Assembly: GCA_022646745.1 (NCBI GenBank) | Contig: CP060262.1 | Location: 900,001 to 932,000 of the forward strand | DNA: 32,000 nt | Direction of reading: 5' to 3' | Source of the DNA: Planctomycetales bacterium | Lineage (GTDB): Bacteria > 4484-113 > JAFGCY01 | Shown here: positions 24,762 through 32,000 of the stretch, in pieces | Layout of the letters: every line of letters begins with the position of its first letter | Position numbering within the stretch: position 1 is the first letter of the stretch | The notes under the pieces: generated by a model | Databases searched by the model: none | What the model saw: the letters and a program-made list of their open reading frames with translations, nothing else | Told to the model about the DNA's origin: nothing | Made by a program: the position numbers and the translations under genes

Positions 24762-27137
24762 CTAATCCAGCGGGCTGAGCTGGATCCAGTCCAGGCGCAG
24801 CAGCTGGCGGTCGGCTCCCCCGTCGTAGGTGCTGTTGGACAGCACGGCAATGCCGCCGTTGACCTCGACGATGCTGACCGCCTCTGGGCAGCCGGTGATG
24901 TGGTCGCCGGGGTAGCCGGCCTTGAAGCCCGTGAACAGGATGTCATTCACACCGGAGTGGATCTCCGGGTTACGGCGGCCGAGCCAGGCATCCGGCAGGC
25001 GGTAGGGCAGCATCAGCAGCGCGGCATCCTCCGCCGTGCTGGAGCGGGCGTAGACCGGCTTGCCGGCGACTGATGACAGCGCAAGATGCGTCACGCCGTG
25101 GTCCAGGATGTTGTCAGCGAAGAACTCCTCCCAGTCGCTGAAGATCGCCGGGAAGGGGCTGGTGGCGCGGTACAGCTTGGTGATCACGTAGACCTTGCCG
25201 CTCTCCTTCACCATGCAGGCCAGCTGCAGTTCGCCATCCAGCACCTGCAGGCCGATGTCCGCCAGCATGTCACGCACGTGGGTGGTCTGCACCTGGTGTG
25301 AGACCCAGTCCTGCGAACCCACCGGACTGAGGTCTGTGGAGAACATGCAATGGGCCGCCAGCAGGTTGCCACCGGGCAGCTGGTTGTCAAAGGCGATTGC
25401 GATCCGGCCGTTGTACTCAGCCATTGCGAAGTTGTGCGGCACGTATTCGCCCTGGGCAAGCACCACGATGTCGCTGACCGTCCAGCTGCCACCGACCCCA
25501 AGTGGGCCGGAGCGCTGCGCCAGGCGCCAGCTGGTCTGCTTGGTGTTGGCGTTGTAGTGCATGTAGCTCACAGCCGGGCGGCCATCGATGATGGCGAAGG
25601 CCAGGTCTCCGGTGGGCTTGATCAGTTCTATGGTCTCAACGATCCAGTCCTCATCCGACTCAGGCAGCGCCTTTGTGGAGAAGGCCATGTACACACCCTG
25701 GTCCAGCACGGTTCCTCCGCTGTTCTCCCAGGCCACGGCAGGCAGCCCGTTCTGTTCCAGCACCACGCTGTCACTGGGCAGAGTGGCCCAGTCGATGCGG
25801 CTGAGGGGCGAATAACCGGTCAGGCTGCCGGGCAGGGCGCGGAACATCAGGGCATTGTTGCCCGTGTCGTTGTATGCGATGCCGAGCGTATCGTTGGCAA
25901 TCAGGGCCATCCCGCCGTGGAACAGCTCGCCGGCCGGTGCCTCAAGGATGTCGCTGCCATCGCGGTTGCCTCGGAAGCCCGTATCGCTGGCAGGCACAAG
26001 GCCGGTCTCACCTGCCTCATAGGCGTAGACGTCGTAGGCGTGCGCGGCGTAGTCAGTCACGGTGTAGTCGTAGTAGGTGAAGATGCCATATTGATTGGTC
26101 AGGATCACTTCATCCTCGATTTCCTCTCCATCACGGTAGATGCTGAAGCGCGCATTATGCCCAAATCCGGCCTCGGGCCAGTGTAGCTCCACGTGGTCCT
26201 CATGCAGGCCATCGCTGGCATCCATCCAGAGCGGGGTTGGCAGCGAGGCGAAGCCCGTGTCCGGCAGGGAATAGGGCGACCAGTGCCCATCTAGGGTGTA
26301 GCGCATGCGGTATTCGTAGATCACGCCGGGCACGCAGGGCACCGGGGACAGCGAGTTGTGCAGGTAGCTGTACTCACCCTTGGTTTCATACAGCAGGGCA
26401 AACTGGCTGCCCTCCACCGTTGTGTCACGGAACTCGACCTGCACCGGGCTGACCGGGAAGTCCAGGTCCTCCCAGCGCAGCTGCACTGAGTATGGGCTGC
26501 CACCGTCCGCCGCCCGGAACCAACCGGGGGCCGGCGGCGCGTCCGAGTCATTGCTGACAACCACGTTGTCAACCGTCAGCCCGGAGCCGCTGCCACGCAT
26601 GAGGATGGCGATGTAGACATTGAATGCCGGGCTGAGGTTGCGCCCGAGGTCCACGAAGCCCTGCATGTTGAATACATAGGGATCACCGGACTGCACAGTG
26701 CGATGGAAGTCCCAGCGGCCGCTGGCATAGTCGGCGACCGCGAAGTAGATGTCCTGGCCGGGCTGCTGCTGGCTGAGCACGAATTCCAGCTTGCCGATCT
26801 CCGCATCCGGATGGATGCCCGGCAGGCGGTAGACCACGAAGCGGCTGTCATCCGCATTGACCGGCTGCAGCAGCAGGCTGTGGTCCTTGTTCTCCACTCC
26901 ATTGGTGAGGAAGCAGTCGCGCCCTTCCAGCAGGTAGCCGAAGGTCTCGCTGGCATTGCGCAGCGCTTCATCGGAGAACACATCCTGCGGAATGGCACCG
27001 AGGCTGTCAGCCTGCGGCAGGCCTCCAGTGGTGTTGTCAACAGGCTGCAGCGGGCTGCTGCCGGAACCGTTGCCGGAACATGAAGCGGCCAGCACTGTCA
27101 GCATGGCCAGGCAGGAAAGAAGAATCACACGTTGCAT
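24762..27137 (-). CDS. Lipoprotein, family C4 (791 aa)
   Basis: ATG 27135-27137 (MQRVILLSCLAMLTVLAASC) with GGGGGA 6 nt upstream. RFVVYRL and VADYASGRWDF. DASDGLHEDHVELHW...IYRDG. Blades QNGLPAVAW, IDGRPAVSY, YNGRIAIAF. TAG at 24762-24764. Confidence 0.9.
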   Translation of the reverse strand: MQRVILLSCLAMLTVLAASCSGNGSGSSPLQPVDNTTGGLPQADSLGAIPQDVFSDEALRNASETFGYLLEGRDCFLTNGVENKDHSLLLQPVNADDSRFVVYRLPGIHPDAEIGKLEFVLSQQQPGQDIYFAVADYASGRWDFHRTVQSGDPYVFNMQGFVDLGRNLSPAFNVYIAILMRGSGSGLTVDNVVVSNDSDAPPAPGWFRAADGGSPYSVQLRWEDLDFPVSPVQVEFRDTTVEGSQFALLYETKGEYSYLHNSLSPVPCVPGVIYEYRMRYTLDGHWSPYSLPDTGFASLPTPLWMDASDGLHEDHVELHWPEAGFGHNARFSIYRDGEEIEDEVILTNQYGIFTYYDYTVTDYAAHAYDVYAYEAGETGLVPASDTGFRGNRDGSDILEAPAGELFHGGMALIANDTLGIAYNDTGNNALMFRALPGSLTGYSPLSRIDWATLPSDSVVLEQNGLPAVAWENSGGTVLDQGVYMAFSTKALPESDEDWIVETIELIKPTGDLAFAIIDGRPAVSYMHYNANTKQTSWRLAQRSGPLGVGGSWTVSDIVVLAQGEYVPHNFAMAEYNGRIAIAFDNQLPGGNLLAAHCMFSTDLSPVGSQDWVSHQVQTTHVRDMLADIGLQVLDGELQLACMVKESGKVYVITKLYRATSPFPAIFSDWEEFFADNILDHGVTHLALSSVAGKPVYARSSTAEDAALLMLPYRLPDAWLGRRNPEIHSGVNDILFTGFKAGYPGDHITGCPEAVSIVEVNGGIAVLSNSTYDGGADRQLLRLDWIQLSPLD

Positions 27138-27169
27138 CACACGTCCCCCAATAGAAAGGTGATAGCTGG

Positions 27170-27198
27170 ATTGTAACCCGCCGGGCCGCTGTTGTCGA
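27170..27198 (-). promoter_or_regulatory. Candidate sigma70-type promoter for 24762-27137
   Basis: On the minus strand: TCGACA (27193-27198), 17-nt spacer, TACAAT (27170-27175). Confidence 0.4.
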
Positions 27199-27276
27199 GG
27201 TAATCACTTGCAAGCCAATCCGGATGATCAATGCTACCTACGGGCGAAACAGCCGGAACACTTCCAGCCCTTGGGG

Positions 27277-28710
27277 CTATTGATCAATGCCCTGATGGTA
27301 GTTGCGCTCATCGTACTGCCCGATGTGGTAGCCGCGCAGCTTCTCCAGGAAGGGCTCGAAATGCAGTTCGCTGAACCTGCGCCGGGCACTGTAGTACTCT
27401 GCCAGCGCCGGATAGCGGTGCTGCGGGTACTTCCAGCTCCAGCGGCGCAGTACGCCAAGTTCAGGCTCCTCGAAGCAGCCGTTCGAGTACATCCGCCAGG
27501 CCAGCGGCTTGAATTCATTCTGGCGGTAGCTGTACTTCAGCTCCGGGTTGCCCTCCAGCCAGCCGACATACAGCTCATACCAGGCATCGGGATGCTCGAA
27601 GCGGGCCTGCTCCTGCCACTGCAGCTGCGCGGCCAGCGCCCCGTCCAGCAGGCCGGACTGGTAGTACAGCTGCTGGCGGCCCGGCCCATCTAAGCCATCG
27701 CCGGCGTCCACCGTCATGATCTGCAGGGCTACATTTGCCAGCAGGCAGCCGTGGCTGATCTCCGTGATGCTGCCGGTGTTCACCGGGCGCAGGGCGAACT
27801 GGTAGCAGGCGTCGAATGAGCGTTCCATGCCGATGTCGGGGCTGACAACAAGCAGCTCCTTCATCACATCCTTCATCTCGAGGTAACTCCAGTTGTCAAA
27901 CACGAGGTGCTGCTGCACCTCGAGGATGCTGCCGGCGAGGATCGGGTTGCCAATGTCACCGCTGGCCAGGCGCGGCTCGATGAATGACAGCGGGAATGGC
28001 AGGCGCGGCTGGCAGGGCAGCTGGTTGGCCTGCTCCAGCAGTTCCACCAGTTCGCTGTCAACTCCGTATGTGCTGAGCGCGATGAACTTGTCGTAGTACG
28101 GCCAGGCGCTGCCGGGATTGGCGGCGATGGCACTGTCCAGCAGCTCCAGCTGGTCCTGCTCAAGGGCCCGGTTGCGGTCAATTGAGTCCTGCCGGCCACT
28201 GGCCTGCTCCAGCAGGTGCGAATGGTGGCGGTACATGCTCGTGTATCTGTGGACCGCCAGCAGGTCGAGCAGGTGACCGTCGGCAACGCCTGTATCGAGG
28301 GCCGTCGCCAGGTGCTGCACCGCCGGGTCCGAGAGATAGCTGTCGGCGGGCTCTGGCTGGTCCCTGTTGTACAGCCTCCGCGGCAGCCTCCCTGCAAGTG
28401 CCGCCTCATTGAAATAGCGCAGTTCCCAGTAGCGCGGGTCCTCACCGAAGTCCTGCTCCCAGCTTGCGAGCACGCCGTCGTCAATCGCGCAGTACAGGCG
28501 GGAGGGAGGCCGGTCAGTGCGCAGGGTCAGGCTGGCTATCCCCACGCCCCAGCGCTTCCTGGCCAGCCAGGCTGACTGGTAGCGGTCGTACAGTGCATCG
28601 CCGGTCGGCACCACGCGGGTGATCCACAACAGGCGCATCAGTGGCAGGAGGAGGAGCAGGGCCAGCAGGACCTGCAGCAGGCGGCGATGGCGACGGATGA
28701 AGTCCTTCAC
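27277..28710 (-). CDS. Membrane-anchored helical protein, family D3 (477 aa), function unknown
   Basis: GTG start at 28708-28710 overlaps the upstream TGA (GTGA). TM LLQVLLALLLLLPLM. Shares TGDALYDRYQ, DPRYWELR, FPLSF...GNPILAGSIL and MKDVMKEL with 30016-31350 and 29211-30029. Confidence 0.8.
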   Translation of the reverse strand: MKDFIRRHRRLLQVLLALLLLLPLMRLLWITRVVPTGDALYDRYQSAWLARKRWGVGIASLTLRTDRPPSRLYCAIDDGVLASWEQDFGEDPRYWELRYFNEAALAGRLPRRLYNRDQPEPADSYLSDPAVQHLATALDTGVADGHLLDLLAVHRYTSMYRHHSHLLEQASGRQDSIDRNRALEQDQLELLDSAIAANPGSAWPYYDKFIALSTYGVDSELVELLEQANQLPCQPRLPFPLSFIEPRLASGDIGNPILAGSILEVQQHLVFDNWSYLEMKDVMKELLVVSPDIGMERSFDACYQFALRPVNTGSITEISHGCLLANVALQIMTVDAGDGLDGPGRQQLYYQSGLLDGALAAQLQWQEQARFEHPDAWYELYVGWLEGNPELKYSYRQNEFKPLAWRMYSNGCFEEPELGVLRRWSWKYPQHRYPALAEYYSARRRFSELHFEPFLEKLRGYHIGQYDERNYHQGIDQ

Positions 28711-29141
28711 TCCGCAGGCTCCATCCCCACGTACAGCTCCGGGTGCTCGAAGTCGAATGTGGCGAGGTGCCGGAGCATCTGCCGGCAGCGTGGCACTTCG
28801 TTGTCAAGCAACCAGCGGTTGAGCGCGTACTCCTGTTCATAGCGGCCATACATCGACAGGTCGTTTATCTGGCCCAGCAGGATGCCGATTCCCTCCGCCA
28901 GACCGACCTCTGGATATGGTTCTTCCGGTACCCAGGGATAGAGTTCTGCATCATGCAGTATCGCCCAGTACTGGTTGTCCGCAAGGTACTGCGCCAGATC
29001 GGGGTCACTGGCCGCAAGCCGCGCATGAATTCCCTCGCAGTACCCGTCAAGCCGCTCAAAGTCCTCAAGCAAGCGCGAATAGCCCTGCGGGCGGGACTGA
29101 TCCTGCCAGATGGACAGATCGGCAAGCACCACCCGGGACAT
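28707..29141 (-). CDS. C-terminal fragment of interrupted family D2 paralog (144 aa if expressed from ATG 29141)
   Basis: Aligns to the C-terminal third of 30016-31350 (GIHARLAASDPDLAQYL, EYALNRWLLDNEVPRCRQML, HLATFDFEHPELYVGM). In the same frame as 29211-30029. No SD before ATG 29141. Confidence 0.6.
   Translation of the reverse strand: MSRVVLADLSIWQDQSRPQGYSRLLEDFERLDGYCEGIHARLAASDPDLAQYLADNQYWAILHDAELYPWVPEEPYPEVGLAEGIGILLGQINDLSMYGRYEQEYALNRWLLDNEVPRCRQMLRHLATFDFEHPELYVGMEPAE
28721..28769. repeat. 49-nt tract identical to 30033-30081
   Basis: CCATCCCCACGTACAGCTCCGGGTGCTCGAAGTCGAATGTGGCGAGGTG is present at both sites. Flanking paralogous sequence is only about three-quarters identical by eye. 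Confidence 0.9.
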
Positions 29142-29210
29142 GATGTTGGCAATCTGCGGCGTGCAGCAGAGCCAGGCTGTCCCTGCGGATTCCCGCTGGC
29201 GAAGCTCGCA

Positions 29211-30029
29211 CTACGAAAGGACCGTCATTGCCTCCATCAGGTCCACATCCGCACCGGCAATCAGCTCCTTGTACCGGTCCTTGAAGGTGAGGTACTCGTA
29301 GATCCCGCCGTCAGACAGCATGCTGCCTGTTGCCAGGATCGAACCGGCCACTGCCGGGTTGCCGACCGGATCGCCTGCCAGCATCCGCCGGCGCACGAAG
29401 GAAAGTGGGTACAGGTCCACAGCTGCCGAGGCCGACAGGCTGTCGCTCCTGCGCATCATATCCAGCCAGCGCTGGTCCATTCCGTACAGGGCCAGGTGGA
29501 TGGCTGCCTCGGAATACACCCAGCGGCTTTCGGGAAAGCGTGCAGCATAACTGGAGGTCAGCTCATCCGTGCGCGCATCCTCATCGCTGGCGGACAGCGT
29601 TGCGTCGGCACGGATGTCACGCAGCTCCCGGCCCAGCAGCTCGCGTGCCGCAGCGGGGCCGGCGTCAGCGCATTCCAATGCACGCCGCAGGGTTGGCCGG
29701 TCAGGCAGCCTGCTGCCATTTGCTGCGGCAGCCACAACGGCACGCAGTTCCCAGTAGTCACTGCGCTGGCCGAACTCCGGCTCCCAGGCTTCGACTGCAT
29801 TCAGCGAGGGAGCCCATAGCCAGACCATGTTGCCGGCCCAGGTGGGCTCACCTGAATAGAGGTCGTCACGGTGCTCGTCCAGCACCGCCTGCTGCAGGCG
29901 GTCATACAGCGGGTCACCGGTCGGGATTGGCTCACCGGGCAGCTGCGCAAAGGCGACTGCCGGCCTAAGCAGCATGGCAAGCAGAGTGAGCACCGTTGCC
30001 AGAATCCGCATGAGCTTAGTTTTCATCAT
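29211..30029 (-). CDS. N-terminal fragment of interrupted family D2 paralog (272 aa, ends at in-frame TAG 29211-29213)
   Basis: ATGATG at 30024-30029 overlaps the upstream gene by 14 nt. Signal peptide MMKTKLMRILATVLTLLAMLLRPAVAFA. TGDPLYDRLQ, SDYWELR, ECADAGP, YPLSF...GNPAVAGSIL and FKDRYKEL match the 30016-31350 product. Confidence 0.65.
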   Translation of the reverse strand: MMKTKLMRILATVLTLLAMLLRPAVAFAQLPGEPIPTGDPLYDRLQQAVLDEHRDDLYSGEPTWAGNMVWLWAPSLNAVEAWEPEFGQRSDYWELRAVVAAAANGSRLPDRPTLRRALECADAGPAAARELLGRELRDIRADATLSASDEDARTDELTSSYAARFPESRWVYSEAAIHLALYGMDQRWLDMMRRSDSLSASAAVDLYPLSFVRRRMLAGDPVGNPAVAGSILATGSMLSDGGIYEYLTFKDRYKELIAGADVDLMEAMTVLS

Positions 30030-31350
30030 CAGCCATCCCCACGTACAGCTCCGGGTGCTCGAAGTCGAATGTGGCGAGGTGTTCCAGCATCTCCCTGCAG
30101 CGCGGCATTTCGTTGTCAATCAGATAGTGGTTGAGGGCGTATTCATCCAGAGCCTGTTGCTTGAGCAGGTTGCCATTACTTTGGCTTCCCGCCAGTGCCA
30201 TATAGTCCTGCAATTCAGCTGCTGCGTTGCTGGCTGAAGCACCCCGCAGGTTGTACCAGGTGAAGGCCTCGTTCATGTACGCTGCGAGCCGTGGATCATA
30301 CGCAGCGACACGGGCGTGTATGCCCGAACGCCATGCATCGTAGGCCTGCCAGTCCGCCAGCCAGGCCTGCATTCCCTTTACCTGTAGGCTGCCTGGCTCC
30401 CAGTCCGTATGAAGAACCACGATTTCCGACAGAACCTCCTGCAATACTATCGGTGCCGTCAACTGCAGGGGATCATCGCTGTCAATCCGCGGGCGCAGTT
30501 CCCGCCGCATCAGAGCTGACAATGCCCGGGCCATGCCCAGTTCACTGCCCGCCAGCTCAAGTTCCTTGTATATGTCCTTGAGGCGATTATGGTTGCCATA
30601 TTCATAAGTGCTCTGGTAGCTTCGCAGCATTAGCAGTGATCCAGCGATCATTGGATCCAACACCGGTCCAGCTGGGGATCCAGCCCCGACCGCGATCGCC
30701 AGGGGGAACAGCTCGCCACTCGCCAGACCATCCAGCGAGTTTCCTCGTTCCAGCATTTCGACATACTGCGCATCCAGGCCATACCAGCTGAGGTGGTCTG
30801 CTGCGATGTAGCAGATGGCGGCATTGTCAGGCAGACGCGTGCGGTAGCGCTCGATGATCTCCGCCGTGGCAGCATCTTCCTGCCAGGCATCAAGCTCCAG
30901 CGATTCATCGTAACGGATTGCGTGCAGTTCCAGCTTCATTGCGCGTGCCAGCACCTCAGGACCGGCATCATTGCATTCCGTTGCCCGCTGCAGGAAACCA
31001 GCCTCACTGCCCTGCTCATCGACACCGAGCCTGGCCAGACTGGCCCGCAGGCACCAGTAGTCGCTGCGCCCGCTGAATTCGGCTTCCCAGCTGATGACTG
31101 TTTTTAGGTCAGGAGCCCAGGGCCACTGGGACGTCCCCATCAGGTTGGCGAATCTGTCATGTACTGGCTGGCAGCTGGCGGCCAGCACCGCCCGCTGCAT
31201 GCGGTCGATTAAGGGATCCCCGCTGGGCTGAATCCTTTGCTGCGAGCGCAGCAGGAAACCACCGAAGATGATCAGGCTGAGGATGCCGCCCAGAACCAGC
31301 AAGGCGAGTGCGATCCACCTGCCTGTCCTGCCTGTCTGGATCTGCTTCAT
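30016..31350 (-). CDS. Membrane-anchored helical protein, family D1 (444 aa), function unknown
   Basis: ATG 31348-31350 with GGGGGA upstream. TM WIALALLVLGGILSLIIFGGFLL. Full-length template for the split D2 pair. TAA at 30016-30018. Confidence 0.85.
   Translation of the reverse strand: MKQIQTGRTGRWIALALLVLGGILSLIIFGGFLLRSQQRIQPSGDPLIDRMQRAVLAASCQPVHDRFANLMGTSQWPWAPDLKTVISWEAEFSGRSDYWCLRASLARLGVDEQGSEAGFLQRATECNDAGPEVLARAMKLELHAIRYDESLELDAWQEDAATAEIIERYRTRLPDNAAICYIAADHLSWYGLDAQYVEMLERGNSLDGLASGELFPLAIAVGAGSPAGPVLDPMIAGSLLMLRSYQSTYEYGNHNRLKDIYKELELAGSELGMARALSALMRRELRPRIDSDDPLQLTAPIVLQEVLSEIVVLHTDWEPGSLQVKGMQAWLADWQAYDAWRSGIHARVAAYDPRLAAYMNEAFTWYNLRGASASNAAAELQDYMALAGSQSNGNLLKQQALDEYALNHYLIDNEMPRCREMLEHLATFDFEHPELYVGMADDEN
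30033..30081. repeat. 49-nt tract identical to 28721-28769
   Basis: See 28721-28769. Both copies encode HLATFDFEHPELYVGM and sit immediately upstream of the next gene's start codon. Confidence 0.9.
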
Positions 31351-31359
31351 GTCGTCCCC

Positions 31360-31375
31360 CGGGGCAGCTGCCCCG
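31360..31375. promoter_or_regulatory. Perfect 16-nt palindrome 10 nt upstream of the D1 start codon
   Basis: CGGGGCAGCTGCCCCG, adjacent to and overlapping the GGGGGA RBS of the minus-strand gene. Confidence 0.3.
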
Positions 31376-31477
31376 CATACCTATTATTACATTGCCTCGC
31401 GGACAGCAGTTTCATGACACCGCATGTCACCTTCTTCCGCCCCTGCGGCACACACCACCCGCGCCGGCAGGGTTAGG

Positions 31478-31489
31478 ATTTCATGAAAT
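31478..31489. promoter_or_regulatory. Perfect 12-nt palindrome upstream of the 31511 gene
   Basis: ATTTCATGAAAT, 22 nt before GTG 31511. Confidence 0.25.
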
Positions 31490-31510
31490 TGCGATTACGG
31501 AGTCTGCACA

Positions 31511-32000
31511 GTGCTGAATGCCATCCGTCCCGCCGCGCTTGCGGCCATGTCCATGTGCGTGCTGCTGTCCGCATCCTGTGCGGGAAACGGGAACCGCCCG
31601 GCGCAGTCGCTGCAGCAGGCCCAGCAGCCGGCTGCCGGGCAGGCGGGTACACCCGAGGCCGGTCAACCTGATCCGGCATTTTCCCTGCCCTCCCTGAACA
31701 GCCTGAAGCTGGAGAATGCGCCCGTACGCAGCGGCTCATATGTGGATTCCGACCTGCTGCATGAGGGGGTGGAGTATGAAGCGGGCCTGCCGCATTCACA
31801 TGTGACGCAGGACGGGGCATCACTGATGTTCTCCCCCGACCTGTCGAACCCGGGCAATCCCGGCATCGCATACGCAATCTACCGCTACACGGTGCCGGAC
31901 TATGACCGCGCGCCGGAATTCCGCATCACATACGACCAGACCTTCGAATTCAGCAACTTCTGGCTGGCGCTGGCAAACTGGGAAACGCGGCGTTGGGACC
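31511..32000 (+). CDS. Lipoprotein with the shared N-module (family B/C member, 3' end beyond window)
   Basis: Not in the supplied ORF track because it has no stop in the window. GTG 31511 preceded by ACGGAG at 8 nt. VLNAIRPAALAAMSMCVLLSASC lipobox. Hand translation gives AYAIYRY and LALANWETRRWD. Open to nt 32000. Confidence 0.8.
   Translation, partial: MLNAIRPAALAAMSMCVLLSASCAGNGNRPAQSLQQAQQPAAGQAGTPEAGQPDPAFSLPSLNSLKLENAPVRSGSYVDSDLLHEGVEYEAGLPHSHVTQDGASLMFSPDLSNPGNPGIAYAIYRYTVPDYDRAPEFRITYDQTFEFSNFWLALANWETRRWD

Noticed and set aside
10103-27137. Diversity-generating retroelement acting on the paralogous lipoproteins
   Set aside because: No reverse transcriptase ORF and no template/variable repeat pair with adenine-specific mismatches. 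Divergence among paralogs is spread along the whole length, not confined to a C-terminal variable region.
29211-29213. Programmed TAG recoding (pyrrolysine or suppressor) in the D2 gene
   Set aside because: TAG terminates at least ten other ORFs in the window at positions matching paralog C-termini. No pyl genes or PYLIS-like context were seen. A nonsense mutation or sequencing error is simpler.

Overview
GC-rich bacterial window. Signal peptides carry lipoboxes, GGAG/GGGGA Shine-Dalgarno-like spacers sit before starts, and TAG is the commonest stop. I support about 21 protein-coding genes. I found no rRNA, tRNA, CRISPR array, transposase, integrase or reverse transcriptase. All calls come from reading the sequence and from motif recognition by eye; no database search or structure prediction was possible.

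The window is dominated by a paralog-rich cell-envelope island:
- Eight large predicted lipoproteins built from a few shuffled modules. These are two of about 600 aa, four of about 785 aa, a fifth of that type starting at nt 31511, and one 1254-aa PKD-repeat protein.
- The shared modules are a ~130-aa N-terminal module (motifs [YF]A[IV]Y[RQ] and [AS][DN][YFW]xxG[RK]W[DNQ]), FN3-like modules, an SBBP/NHL-like propeller, and a propeller with 'DGRPAVxY' blades and Asp-box-like motifs.
- Three tandem, translationally coupled, membrane-anchored helical paralogs (27277-31350). The middle one is split by a single in-frame TAG.
- Three small secreted 'VQYPxDWP' paralogs, plus an orphan copy of one paralog's leader and signal peptide.
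- Two beta-lactamase-fold serine hydrolases, an OmpA-like protein, an orphan ABC ATPase, and a small hypothetical gene.

A GxxExxY (PD-(D/E)XK) gene sits inside a cassette bounded by 30-nt inverted arms. A decayed copy and a solo arm lie nearby. Intergenic DNA is a mosaic of 7-8-nt tandem repeats, often arranged as nested inverted arms.

The candidate undescribed system is the lipoprotein, helical-protein and hydrolase island. Its function is unknown.
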